From Candidatus Zixiibacteriota bacterium (GTDB lineage Bacteria; Zixibacteria; MSB-5A5; GN15; JAAZOE01), in contig JBDREQ010000063.1 of NCBI GenBank assembly GCA_043819555.1, positions 117,486-181,485 of the forward strand: a stretch of 64,000 nucleotides of DNA, written 5' to 3'. The notes beneath the pieces were generated by a model, which saw only the letters and a list, made by a program, of their open reading frames with translations, was not told the DNA's origin and ran no database searches. Below are positions 18,718-27,718 of this stretch, piece after piece (the first letter of the stretch is position 1; each line of letters starts with the position of its first letter). A program made the position numbers and the translations under genes.

Positions 18718-19498
18718 ATGATTTTACTAAGAGGGAGTTTTTTACCATAATAATTTCGGCCATTATGGCCAATGCGATTTCGGCCGGGCCTTCCGCCCCA
18801 ATATCAAGGCCAATTGGCGAATGGATTTTACTGATTTGTCCTTTTGTAAAACCATTCTGCTCAAGTTGGGTAAATACTTTTTTGATTTTCGCCTTTGAGC
18901 CGATCATTCCCAGATAGGCTGAGTTTTGTTTCAACACATTTTTCAACACTGCCAGATCGCCTTCATGCGAACTGGTAACAATAACGACATATGAGGAATC
19001 GTCAATGTCGGGTAAGTTGTTTGAATAATGCTCATCTATCAAAATAACATTTGTGCCTTTACTCACATCATCAAGCAATTCCCGGCGGTTATCGGCCACC
19101 GTAATAGAGAAGTCGAATCTCTTCGCGAGCGATGCCAATTCTGAGCCAACATGTCCGGCGCCGAAAATAATTAGTTTATTGGGACGAGTGTTTACTTCCA
19201 TATATACTTCGGCCTCCCCGCCGCATTGCATACCGGTCGCATCGGGACCGTTTTTCGCAAAGCTGTATTTTTTCAATAAAAAGCGATTGCCGCTACTCAT
19301 AAGAGAGAGGCAGTCATCAATAACCTGCTTTTCAAACAGCCCGCCGCCGATTGTTCCGCATATTGTGCCGTCGAGAAAGACAATCATTTTTGCTCCGGTT
19401 TGCCGTGGTGACGAACCGGCCGTGCGAACGATGGTGGCAATAACAAATAGACGGCCTTGTTCTCGGTTGCGAACGATTTCTTTATAAATATCGATCAT
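18701..19498 (-). CDS. xdhC: XdhC/CoxI family molybdenum cofactor chaperone
   Basis: GSSPRQTGAKM, GTIGGG, GMQCGG, GAGHVG, YLGMIGS, PIGLDIGAEGPAEIA. Confidence 0.92.
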   Translation of the reverse strand: MIDIYKEIVRNREQGRLFVIATIVRTAGSSPRQTGAKMIVFLDGTICGTIGGGLFEKQVIDDCLSLMSSGNRFLLKKYSFAKNGPDATGMQCGGEAEVYMEVNTRPNKLIIFGAGHVGSELASLAKRFDFSITVADNRRELLDDVSKGTNVILIDEHYSNNLPDIDDSSYVVIVTSSHEGDLAVLKNVLKQNSAYLGMIGSKAKIKKVFTQLEQNGFTKGQISKIHSPIGLDIGAEGPAEIALAIMAEIIMVKNSLLVKSYDRRD

Positions 19499-19522
19499 AT
19501 AAATAGCGATACGAGCCTGAGA

Positions 19523-20131
19523 TTAATAACTCTCCATTAATTTTTGGTAATCTTCCATAGTGTCAATATCTATCTGCGAGGTGTCATCATAAAGTTCAAA
19601 AACATCATCTTTATGACGGGCAATCAGATAATCCCGCAGGTTCTGACCTTCATATCCCAATATCTCATCAAAAATCCGATATGAAAAGATAATGGGATGC
19701 CCGGGTCCGAACGGCGTATGAGTCGTTAATATCAAAGGATAATGTTTTCTAAATTTATCAACGGCTTTTGATATTAATGCGCTTGCGACTCCGGGTTTGT
19801 CGCCGACCATAAAAAGTGCCGCGTCTGATTTGCCGTAAAGAAAACGCAAGGCGCATTTTATCGATGAGATTCGTCCTTGATTATAATTCCCATTTTTGAT
19901 AATCGCGACTCTGTCGTTAATCAAATTGGCAAGAGTATTCTCAATCCTATCACTCTCAAATCCAGTGACAATGACAATGTCATCGACACTTGATTTTTCC
20001 ATCTGCTCTACCACTTCTTCGATGATAGTCTGCTCGCCGTATTCCAATAAAAGTTTGTTGGCAGTCCCCATTCTTTCGGATTTTCCGGCGGCCAGAATGG
20101 CGCCGGTAATTTGTATCCCCGCTTCGAGCAT
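19523..20131 (-). CDS. mocA: Molybdenum cofactor cytidylyltransferase (MocA/YgfJ family)
   Basis: ILAAGKSERMG.NKLLL, GDKP, GHPIIF, DIDTMEDY. ATG 20131 preferred from promoter geometry (alternative 20140). Confidence 0.85.
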   Translation of the reverse strand: MLEAGIQITGAILAAGKSERMGTANKLLLEYGEQTIIEEVVEQMEKSSVDDIVIVTGFESDRIENTLANLINDRVAIIKNGNYNQGRISSIKCALRFLYGKSDAALFMVGDKPGVASALISKAVDKFRKHYPLILTTHTPFGPGHPIIFSYRIFDEILGYEGQNLRDYLIARHKDDVFELYDDTSQIDIDTMEDYQKLMESY

Positions 20132-20137
20132 GATAAC

Positions 20138-20166
20138 CATATAACCAAACGATATTGAATTGTCAA
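20138..20166 (-). promoter_or_regulatory. Sigma70-type promoter of mocA-xdhC-yqeB
   Basis: TTGACA (20166-20161), 17-nt spacer, TATATG (20143-20138). Confidence 0.55.
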
Positions 20167-20260
20167 GGTGTGGAGAATAGCTCTTCCGGCCTATTATTTA
20201 ATTCAAGCGGGGACTGCCAAATTCCCAGAGAATCAAAAGTGCGGTTTGGATAAATTTTGA

Positions 20261-20809
20261 TCAAGCAGCGGCCATTTCCTGTTCGGCCAGATGTATTCCT
20301 TCGCGCATAGCATTCAAATTCATTTCCTGAGTACCGGCAGGGACATTTTCCGATATGACTTGTTCCAGTATTTTTGGTGAAATCAAATTTGAAAGCCGAT
20401 TCAAATATCCCAGGATTATCATGTTGGCGATGATTTTGCGATTGAATTTGGTGAATGCGATATCGGTTGCACTGATGGCATATCTTTTTATGTTTTCGGG
20501 TTCGTTAGCGTCGTTGGTAATCACCAAATCTTTTTCGACAATAAGCGTCCCGCCGGGTTTCAAAAATGGAATGAATTTATCATAAGCGGGCTGAGCCATG
20601 GCCACCAAAATATCAAATTTTGACGGTTCCAGTTCATAAATTTCCCGGTCGGATATAATCACATCGCCCCGGCATTCGCCGCCTCGCGATTCACTGCCGT
20701 ACGATTGATTCTGGATGGCTTTTTTGCCGTCCAATGATGCCGCCTGCCCGAGAATATAGCTTGACATGACAATCCCCTGCCCCCCGAATCCGGCTAATCT
20801 GATAATCAA
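20261..20809 (-). CDS. korC: 2-oxoacid:ferredoxin oxidoreductase gamma subunit
   Basis: IRLAGFGGQG, QSYGSESRGG, ANMIILG. Confidence 0.9.
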   Translation of the reverse strand: MIIRLAGFGGQGIVMSSYILGQAASLDGKKAIQNQSYGSESRGGECRGDVIISDREIYELEPSKFDILVAMAQPAYDKFIPFLKPGGTLIVEKDLVITNDANEPENIKRYAISATDIAFTKFNRKIIANMIILGYLNRLSNLISPKILEQVISENVPAGTQEMNLNAMREGIHLAEQEMAAA

Positions 20810-21654
20810 TTTTTACTCTCCTCGGCGACCTGTTTCACCATCCGATTGGTCAAATCATGCACTTGAGTCGCGAATTCCGGGCGGTCCCGGTCACACAGTG
20901 TTCCCACTATGAATTTATTTTCCAGTTCTTCTTCCGACATATCTTTGGCTTTTGAGACGCGCACCGAATTTTCCTTGAGATATTTAAGGAATTCGGTTGC
21001 CTTAGGCATGCCCACCCGTCTTCCGAAATTATCGGGACACTGGGAGACGATTTCCACAAAACTAAAGCCATTTTTATTAATTGCTTTTTGAATTGTCCGC
21101 ATCGTTTGGAAAGCATGATACGTCGTCCATCGAGCCACAAAACTGGCTCCGGCGGCCTGGACAAGTTCCGCCACTTTAAAAGGAGGTTCGACATTGTGAT
21201 GGGGCGTGGTCGTAGTTTTTACGCCGATCGGGGTAGTTGGCGCTACCTGCCCGCCGGTCATGCCATAGATCATATTGTTGACCATGATGACCGTTAGATC
21301 GATATTGCGCCGCGCGGCATGGATGAGATGATTGCCGCCGATCCCGGATATATCGCCGTCACCGGCAATAACGATAACTTTCATGTCGGGCCGCATCATT
21401 TTTACGCCAGTAGCGAAAGCAATCGGTCGGCCGTGAGTAGTATGGAGCGTATCGGCTTTGAAATATGGGCTGGGAATCCAGGCCGAACATCCGATTCCGG
21501 AAACGCACACCATTTTCGAAGTATCGAGTTTCAGTTCCTCAACGGCATTAGTAAAAATATTCAGGATTGTTCCGCATCCGCATCCGACGCAAAAACGATG
21601 AGGGAAAATGTCCTCGCGCACGTAATCCATTAATCTATGTCTGGGCTGACTCAT
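20806..21654 (-). CDS. korB: 2-oxoacid:ferredoxin oxidoreductase beta (TPP) subunit
   Basis: FCVGCG, SGIGCS, HTTHGR, GDGD...IGGNH, NNMIYGMTGGQ. Confidence 0.92.
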   Translation of the reverse strand: MSQPRHRLMDYVREDIFPHRFCVGCGCGTILNIFTNAVEELKLDTSKMVCVSGIGCSAWIPSPYFKADTLHTTHGRPIAFATGVKMMRPDMKVIVIAGDGDISGIGGNHLIHAARRNIDLTVIMVNNMIYGMTGGQVAPTTPIGVKTTTTPHHNVEPPFKVAELVQAAGASFVARWTTYHAFQTMRTIQKAINKNGFSFVEIVSQCPDNFGRRVGMPKATEFLKYLKENSVRVSKAKDMSEEELENKFIVGTLCDRDRPEFATQVHDLTNRMVKQVAEESKN

Positions 21655-22817
21655 GAGGCTACCTCCCGAATAGCGCCGTAAATTTCATCGATCGAATGGG
21701 CGATACCGCCGATTTTTGAGACCGGGATAACTTTGCAGTCAACGAATCTCTCGATCTCTCTGTTAATCTGCCCCAGACTCATCTCGGGGACCAAAATGAC
21801 ATCGAGATTTTTGGCAAATTCAGCAATCTGCCTGCCGGCAAATGGCCAGATTGTAATCAATCTCAAAAAATCAACATCGATATTTTCTTCACGTGCCTTC
21901 ATAACCGCACCGAGCGATGGACGCGAGCTGGCGCCGAATGAAATAACGCCGATTTTGGCCTTGCCTCCAGTGTTTTTATTTTCCTCAATCTTTATTATTT
22001 TATCCCGATTAACATCAATCTTCTCATGAAGTCTTTTGATGAGTACTTCATGCACCCTCTGGGTCGTTACGTCTCTCATCCCGTTGGCTTTGTGGGTTGA
22101 ACCGGTAACATGAATGTTTTGACCTTCACCATAATGAACAATCCCGGGAATCAAGTCCCCGCCGCCGAAAACCTGTTCACCCGGTTGAGCTTTTTTTCTC
22201 GAGGCATGCTTGATTTTCGATACATCGGGCATTGTGACGCTTTCACGAATATGCCCGATTTCTCCATCCATAAGAAAGATAACCGGAGTACGGTAAACAT
22301 CGGCCAAATCAAAGCAGTCAAACATCAGGTCGAAACATTCCTGAACCGAGTTGGGGGACAGGGCAATGATGGAATGATCACCATGAGTACCCCAGCGGGC
22401 TTGCATGACATCGCCTTGAGCCGGTTTGGTTGCCTGCCCGGTCGAAGGACCGGACCTTTGGACGTTAACAACAACGGTCGGGGTTTCAGTCATGATCGCG
22501 TAGCCCAGGTTTTCCTGCATGAGTGAAAATCCGGGACCGCTGGTTGCCGTCATTGTCCGCGAATCGGTCCAGGCGGCTCCGATAATGGCCGCGATGCTGG
22601 CGATTTCATCTTCCATCTGGATGTAGATACCGCCCGTTTTGGGAAGCTCCCGAGCCATCAATTCGGCAATTTCACTGGCCGGAGTAATAGGGTAGCCGGC
22701 AAAAAAATCACAACCGGCAAATAAAGCGCCATAGGCGCAGGCTTCATCGCCGAGGAGAAAATACTTCTTTCCTTCGAGCGACCGAAGATATTGTTTTTTA
22801 TTTTCGTTAAGTGCCAT
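21651..22817 (-). CDS. korA: 2-oxoacid:ferredoxin oxidoreductase alpha subunit (2-oxoglutarate-type)
   Basis: FAGYPITPASE, QMEDE, TATSGPGFSLMQE, QRSGPSTG. Confidence 0.92.
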   Translation of the reverse strand: MALNENKKQYLRSLEGKKYFLLGDEACAYGALFAGCDFFAGYPITPASEIAELMARELPKTGGIYIQMEDEIASIAAIIGAAWTDSRTMTATSGPGFSLMQENLGYAIMTETPTVVVNVQRSGPSTGQATKPAQGDVMQARWGTHGDHSIIALSPNSVQECFDLMFDCFDLADVYRTPVIFLMDGEIGHIRESVTMPDVSKIKHASRKKAQPGEQVFGGGDLIPGIVHYGEGQNIHVTGSTHKANGMRDVTTQRVHEVLIKRLHEKIDVNRDKIIKIEENKNTGGKAKIGVISFGASSRPSLGAVMKAREENIDVDFLRLITIWPFAGRQIAEFAKNLDVILVPEMSLGQINREIERFVDCKVIPVSKIGGIAHSIDEIYGAIREVAS

Positions 22818-22832
22818 AATGCTTATTGCCGT

Positions 22833-23066
22833 TTATTGTTCCTTTTCGGTCAGGACGATGGCGAATTCGGGACACATTAGATCGCACAATCGACAACCGG
22901 TACAGGCTTTCATGTTAACAATTACGGGGAGATAATATCCCCTGCGATTTAACTTGTTGGATTTATCGAAGACATCGGTGGGGCAAAACTCGATGCATAT
23001 ATCGCAACCCTTGCATAAATCCTCGTTGATCTCAACCAATGTCTCAGGTTTTTTTGGCAACGCCAT
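22833..23066 (-). CDS. korD: 2-oxoacid:ferredoxin oxidoreductase delta subunit, 2x[4Fe-4S]
   Basis: CKGCDICIEFCP and CTGCRLCDLMCPEFAI. Confidence 0.9.
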   Translation of the reverse strand: MALPKKPETLVEINEDLCKGCDICIEFCPTDVFDKSNKLNRRGYYLPVIVNMKACTGCRLCDLMCPEFAIVLTEKEQ

Positions 23067-23152
23067 AAATATTTAGTTCCATTTTCAAAGTTTCAATGCC
23101 GAATCGAAATCATCGCTCTTAATCGGTTTAGGCCGTTTTTTTCACGAGGGCA

Positions 23153-23181
23153 AGTATAACAAATTGCCGGCCAATATTCAA
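23153..23181 (-). promoter_or_regulatory. Sigma70-type promoter of kor operon
   Basis: TTGAAT, 17-nt spacer, TATACT. Confidence 0.6.
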
Positions 23182-23219
23182 TAGCAAATCAGCGGATACA
23201 ACTTGATTTAAGAAAACGG

Positions 23220-23247
23220 TTGAATTTGGCGGGGGAAGGTGTATATT
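23220..23247 (+). promoter_or_regulatory. Divergent sigma70-type promoter of SDR-thiolase-DUF35 operon
   Basis: TTGAAT, 16-nt spacer, TATATT. Confidence 0.4.
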
Positions 23248-23339
23248 CAGGGCTGGATTTACTATGAGCTATATTTACATCATATTTCAAGAAACGCGAA
23301 AATTGGATTATCTCATTCATATCTTTAGGAGGGATTTAT

Positions 23340-24089
23340 ATGGACTTGGGTCTTGAAGGGAAAGGAGCGATTGTTACCGGCGGCAGCCTGGGCATCGGAA
23401 CGTCAATTGCTCTGGACCTGGCCCGCGAGGGCTGCAACGTGGCCATAAATTACAGGCGCCACGATACCGAAGCCAAGAAAGTCGTCGAGGATATAGAAGC
23501 GATGGGTCGGAAAGGTTTGGCTGTCAAAGCGGATGTTTCCAGCTATGATGACGCCCAGAACATGGTTGATACCGTCATAAAGGAATTCGGCAGTTTTGAT
23601 ATTTTGGTTTGCAACGCCGGAATTAATTGGGATGGCGTCATCTGGAAGATGACTGAAAAGCAATGGGACAGCGTTATTAACGTGAACCTCAAAGGATATT
23701 TCAATTACAATAAAGCCGCGGCATTGGTTTTCAAAGACCAAAAAGGCGGTAAAATAGTCAATATTTCATCCATCAACGGTCTTCGGGGCAAATTCGGACA
23801 GACCAATTATTCGGCCTCAAAAGGCGGCGAAATAGCCATGAGCAAAGCCCTGGCCAAAGAGCTGGGCAAGTTCAATGTCAACGTCAATGTCGTCGCTCCC
23901 GGTATGGTATTAACCGACATGGCCAAAAATATCCCAGCAGAGTTTCTCAATATGGCTATCGATGAAACCGTTTTGGGGCGGATCGCAACCCCAGATGATG
24001 TCGCTTATCTGGTGACATTTTTGTGCTCGGATAAAGCCCGGCATATTACCGGTGAAGTTTTCAAAATCGACGGCGGTCAATACATTTAG
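23340..24089 (+). CDS. Short-chain dehydrogenase/reductase (FabG/BzdZ-like)
   Basis: TGGSLGIG, NAGI, NISS, YSASK, VAPG, IDGG. Confidence 0.9.
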   Translation: MDLGLEGKGAIVTGGSLGIGTSIALDLAREGCNVAINYRRHDTEAKKVVEDIEAMGRKGLAVKADVSSYDDAQNMVDTVIKEFGSFDILVCNAGINWDGVIWKMTEKQWDSVINVNLKGYFNYNKAAALVFKDQKGGKIVNISSINGLRGKFGQTNYSASKGGEIAMSKALAKELGKFNVNVNVVAPGMVLTDMAKNIPAEFLNMAIDETVLGRIATPDDVAYLVTFLCSDKARHITGEVFKIDGGQYI

Positions 24090-24101
24090 GAGGATAAATT
24101 T

Positions 24102-25256
24102 ATGTCCCGAGTGGGAATTATTGGAATAGGACATGGAGAATTCGGGCGCAGGAGCGATGCCACCGTTCAGGAGCTGGCTTTTGAGGCGTATCGCGACGCC
24201 GTGCATGACGCCGAGATTGATCCCAAAGAAATTGACGGCTCGGTCATCGGTTCGGTTCCCGAATATCATAAACAGCGATCATTGCCCGGAGTCGTTCAGG
24301 AATATCTGGGATTAAATCCCAAACCGACGTGGCTGACGGAAGTCGCCTGTTCATCGGGAAGCGCGGCGATCCGGACAGCCTGGATGGGGATCAAATCAGG
24401 GGCTCACCAATTAATGGCCGTTATCGGATGCCAGAAAATGACTGAGCTTTCAACACCGGAAATTTTGGCCCTGATGGGCCGGGTCGGCGAAGTCCAATGG
24501 GAATCGGTTTTCGGCACGACTTTTCCGGCTTATTACGCTTTGTTTGCTAAAAGCCACATGCATAAATTCGGCACGACAAGAGAACAGCTTTTACAGGTAG
24601 CGGTCAAGAATCATTTTTACGGAGCAAAGAATCCCAACGCCTTATTCAGGAAAGAAATCACGATTGAAAAAGCTCTGGCTTCCGATCCGGTATCGGATCC
24701 TTTTCAGGTTTATGATTGTTGTGCCAATGCCGATGGAGCTGCTTGCGTGATTGTAGCGTCGGAAGAAATCGCGAAAAAATCAAAAAAACCGGTAGCATGG
24801 CTCGACGGTATGGGATGCGCGACTTCGAGTATGTCGGTTTTGCGCCGTCCCGATCTGGTCGGACTTCCCAGCGCCGCGGAAGCATCGCGGATTGCCTATG
24901 AAATGGCCGGCGTGAATGCCAAAAATATCAAAGTAGCCGAAGTGCATGACTGCTTTACGATTGCTGAAATTATGGCGTATGAAGACCTCGGTTTTTGCGC
25001 CAAAGGCGAAGGCGGTAAACTCATCGAGAACAAACAATCGTATATCGGCGGTTCGACTCCAGTAAATGTCGATGGCGGATTAAAATCCAAAGGTCATCCG
25101 ATTGGAGCGACCGGAGTTTCGATGACAGTTGAAATCGTCAAACAGCTTCGCGGTGAAGCGGGTGAGAGGCAGGTTCCGGATGCCGATATTGGACTGACTC
25201 ACAACGTCGGCGGCATCGGGCAGTATTGCTTTGTTCAAGTTCTGAGGAGGGATTAG
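24102..25256 (+). CDS. SCP2/archaeal-type thiolase-like protein
   Basis: ACSSGS (Cys retained), EVHDCF, GHPIGATG, HNVGG. Confidence 0.9.
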   Translation: MSRVGIIGIGHGEFGRRSDATVQELAFEAYRDAVHDAEIDPKEIDGSVIGSVPEYHKQRSLPGVVQEYLGLNPKPTWLTEVACSSGSAAIRTAWMGIKSGAHQLMAVIGCQKMTELSTPEILALMGRVGEVQWESVFGTTFPAYYALFAKSHMHKFGTTREQLLQVAVKNHFYGAKNPNALFRKEITIEKALASDPVSDPFQVYDCCANADGAACVIVASEEIAKKSKKPVAWLDGMGCATSSMSVLRRPDLVGLPSAAEASRIAYEMAGVNAKNIKVAEVHDCFTIAEIMAYEDLGFCAKGEGGKLIENKQSYIGGSTPVNVDGGLKSKGHPIGATGVSMTVEIVKQLRGEAGERQVPDADIGLTHNVGGIGQYCFVQVLRRD

Positions 25257-25260
25257 GCTT

Positions 25261-25713
25261 ATGTTTAAATGGTTCGGGAAAGTGAATTTTTCTCCCTATA
25301 CTAAAGTCTCCGATTTTGCCAATCACCTTAAAGATGGCCGCCTTATGGGTTCCAAATGTAAAAAATGCGGAACCGAATCGTTTCCTCCCAAGGCCGATTG
25401 CAGCAATTGTCTATCGGGTGATTTTGAGTTTATCGAAATGTCAGGTCAGGCCAAGCTTGTTTCTTATACCGTTATTCACGCCGCTCCGACCGGTTTTGAG
25501 GATGTTGTTCCCTACACCATTGGGGTTGTGGATTTAAAAGAAACAGGCAGGCTTTTGGCATGGATTGGAGATACTGTCGCCGCCGATAAAATCGAAATCG
25601 GTATGGAGCTTCAGGTTGTACCGCAGATATTTGATGAACTCGAAGAAATTAAAGTCTATTATTCGCTGGAAAAGCCAGGGACCAAATGGTCTAAAGGCAA
25701 TTCGATGACTTGA
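25261..25713 (+). CDS. DUF35 Zn-ribbon/OB-fold thiolase partner
   Basis: CKKCG..FPPKADCSNC, SYTVIH..P.GF...PY, IEIGM. Confidence 0.9.
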   Translation: MFKWFGKVNFSPYTKVSDFANHLKDGRLMGSKCKKCGTESFPPKADCSNCLSGDFEFIEMSGQAKLVSYTVIHAAPTGFEDVVPYTIGVVDLKETGRLLAWIGDTVAADKIEIGMELQVVPQIFDELEEIKVYYSLEKPGTKWSKGNSMT

Positions 25714-25738
25714 TTTTGATGTATAGATTTAAAAAGAT

Positions 25739-25768
25739 AAAGGAATCCCAAAACGGGATTCCTTTTTA
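25739..25768. terminator. Bidirectional terminator between convergent operons
   Basis: AAAGGAATCCC-AAAAC-GGGATTCCTTT. Confidence 0.85.
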
Positions 25769-25795
25769 TTTTAATTATTTACCAATCAGAATAGA

Positions 25796-26572
25796 CTACT
25801 CGTTTTTCCATTCCGGTTTGCGGCGCTCGAGAAAAGAATTGATACCCTCGTTGGCGTCGTTCGTATCCATCAATTCGTCGATATAGAGTTCTTCAAGTTT
25901 ATCCAGTCTCTTTTTCAAGGTTTTGTTGAATTGTCCTCGAGCTGCCCTGACTGCGAATTTCAGAGACGACGCGCTTTTGGGCAGGATATATTTCTCGACC
26001 CAGCCATCCACGCCGGACATCATCGCATCCCGGTCATCAAATACTTCTGTCGCCAAACCCATCTGAAGAGCGACATCGGGTTTGATAATACGTCCGGTCA
26101 AAAGCAAATCATCGGCGCGGGCTTGCCCGATTTTCATTGGAAGAATTACTGATGCCGGAGGCGCGAATACAGCAAGGCTGATTTCCGGCTGTCCCAATCG
26201 CGCTGTTTGGTCGAGAAACATGAAATTGCACATCAAAGCCAATTCCATCCCGCCGCCCAAACATTGACCCGAAACCAATGCAGCTGTCGGGATTGCCAAA
26301 TCTGCCAGAGTATAAAACAGTGCGTGAAATTGTTTGAGCATTTCCGGCGCTTTTTCTTTGGTATGTTCGGGAACGCTGGCCCCGAAACAGAAATGCTCCC
26401 CCTCACCGGTAAATTGAATGAGTTTCACCTGGAGCTGATCTTTCAATTCCTTCAGCGTATTTTGAATATCATCCATCATAACCGCATCGAGAACATTCCC
26501 TTTGTGGGAATTAAGAATAATTCGCACGATTTGATTATCATGCGAATATTGAACGTCGATTTTTTTGGCCAT
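25796..26572 (-). CDS. dch: Cyclohexa-1,5-diene-1-carbonyl-CoA hydratase (Dch/BzdW-like)
   Basis: Crotonase with GNVLD, HFCFGASVPEH, CLGGGMEL, GQPEISLAVFAP, ELYIDELM...ANEGI; adjacent to oah and had. Confidence 0.88.
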   Translation of the reverse strand: MAKKIDVQYSHDNQIVRIILNSHKGNVLDAVMMDDIQNTLKELKDQLQVKLIQFTGEGEHFCFGASVPEHTKEKAPEMLKQFHALFYTLADLAIPTAALVSGQCLGGGMELALMCNFMFLDQTARLGQPEISLAVFAPPASVILPMKIGQARADDLLLTGRIIKPDVALQMGLATEVFDDRDAMMSGVDGWVEKYILPKSASSLKFAVRAARGQFNKTLKKRLDKLEELYIDELMDTNDANEGINSFLERRKPEWKNE

Positions 26573-26575
26573 CTT

Positions 26576-27664
26576 CTATCCCTTCGGTAAAATGGCGTCG
26601 AGCATTTCATCATCCCATGGATGACCTTCGGCCAGCATCAAACGCAGCTTAATGAAATCAACTTCGCGATTGTGTTTTGGACCTTCGTTGAACGCCCGGA
26701 ACCCTGCTTTGGCTTCGGTCATCATATTCAAGCCGAGCCAGTCGCGGTTTGACTGCTGATTGCGATCCCAATGCTCAAGTTTTTTCTTCCGCATACTGTT
26801 TACTGTTTTATTGATACAGTCAGGCATCATATAGAGCAGCTTTGTGCACAGAACATTCACGGCATCATCAAGGGGAGCAAGATCAATAGTACCGCCTGCC
26901 ATCATCTCTTTGCCTTTTTTGTAATCGTCGCCTGATTTGCGTTTACCATAGACGATATCACCGGATTCATCGAGCCATTTATCAGTCACCAGAAGCGGAT
27001 TGCGCACAAATTTATTATCGACTTTCAAAACGGGAATGGCATCGGTGATAAGGCCGATGGTTTTGGCTTCATAAGCGGTCCACATTTCGCAAAGAGTGCA
27101 GCTCTGCATTGCCCTTTCAATACCTACAAACAGATGCAGAAAATCGGTGCTTCCGCCTTCGGGAGCGCTGCCGTGCTTGGGTCCGGCTTGTCCAAAGACA
27201 GACAGATCGCTGGCGATGGCAAAATCGCAGGCCATCCCGATTTCCTGTCCTCCGGCGATGCGCATACCGTTAACGCGGCAGATGACAGGTTTATCACACA
27301 TCAGAATACTGGTAATCATGTCATTGAAAAGACGCATATACTGCTTGTATTCCAGCGGGCGGCCCGTATAATACTCGGCGTATTCCTTGGTATTGCCGCC
27401 GGTACAAAAAGCTTTGTCGCCCACGGCTGTAAAAACAACCGCCACGACCGAACGGTCATTGGATGCTTGCCGGAACGCAAGGATGACCTCTTTAACGGCG
27501 GCAGTTGTGTACGAATTATACTGCTTGGGATTATTCAAAAATATCCAGGCGTTGAAAAGCCCAGAAACTTCTTTGCCCTCTTTATCCAGGCACGGGCGGC
27601 GTTCATAGATAATTTCCTTAAAATCGACTTCCACAAGATTATGGCTGTTTAGTTCTAAGCTCAT
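26576..27664 (-). CDS. oah: 6-oxocyclohex-1-ene-1-carbonyl-CoA hydrolase (Oah/BzdY/BamA)
   Basis: NNPKQYNSYTT, FCTGGNTKEYAEYY, GQEIGMACD, GPKHGSAP, WLGLNMMTEA. Confidence 0.95.
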   Translation of the reverse strand: MSLELNSHNLVEVDFKEIIYERRPCLDKEGKEVSGLFNAWIFLNNPKQYNSYTTAAVKEVILAFRQASNDRSVVAVVFTAVGDKAFCTGGNTKEYAEYYTGRPLEYKQYMRLFNDMITSILMCDKPVICRVNGMRIAGGQEIGMACDFAIASDLSVFGQAGPKHGSAPEGGSTDFLHLFVGIERAMQSCTLCEMWTAYEAKTIGLITDAIPVLKVDNKFVRNPLLVTDKWLDESGDIVYGKRKSGDDYKKGKEMMAGGTIDLAPLDDAVNVLCTKLLYMMPDCINKTVNSMRKKKLEHWDRNQQSNRDWLGLNMMTEAKAGFRAFNEGPKHNREVDFIKLRLMLAEGHPWDDEMLDAILPKG

Positions 27665-27718
27665 TCTCCTGTTCCTCCTTTATATCCGGTATGTTTTCAT
27701 TTCAAATTAATTATCAAA

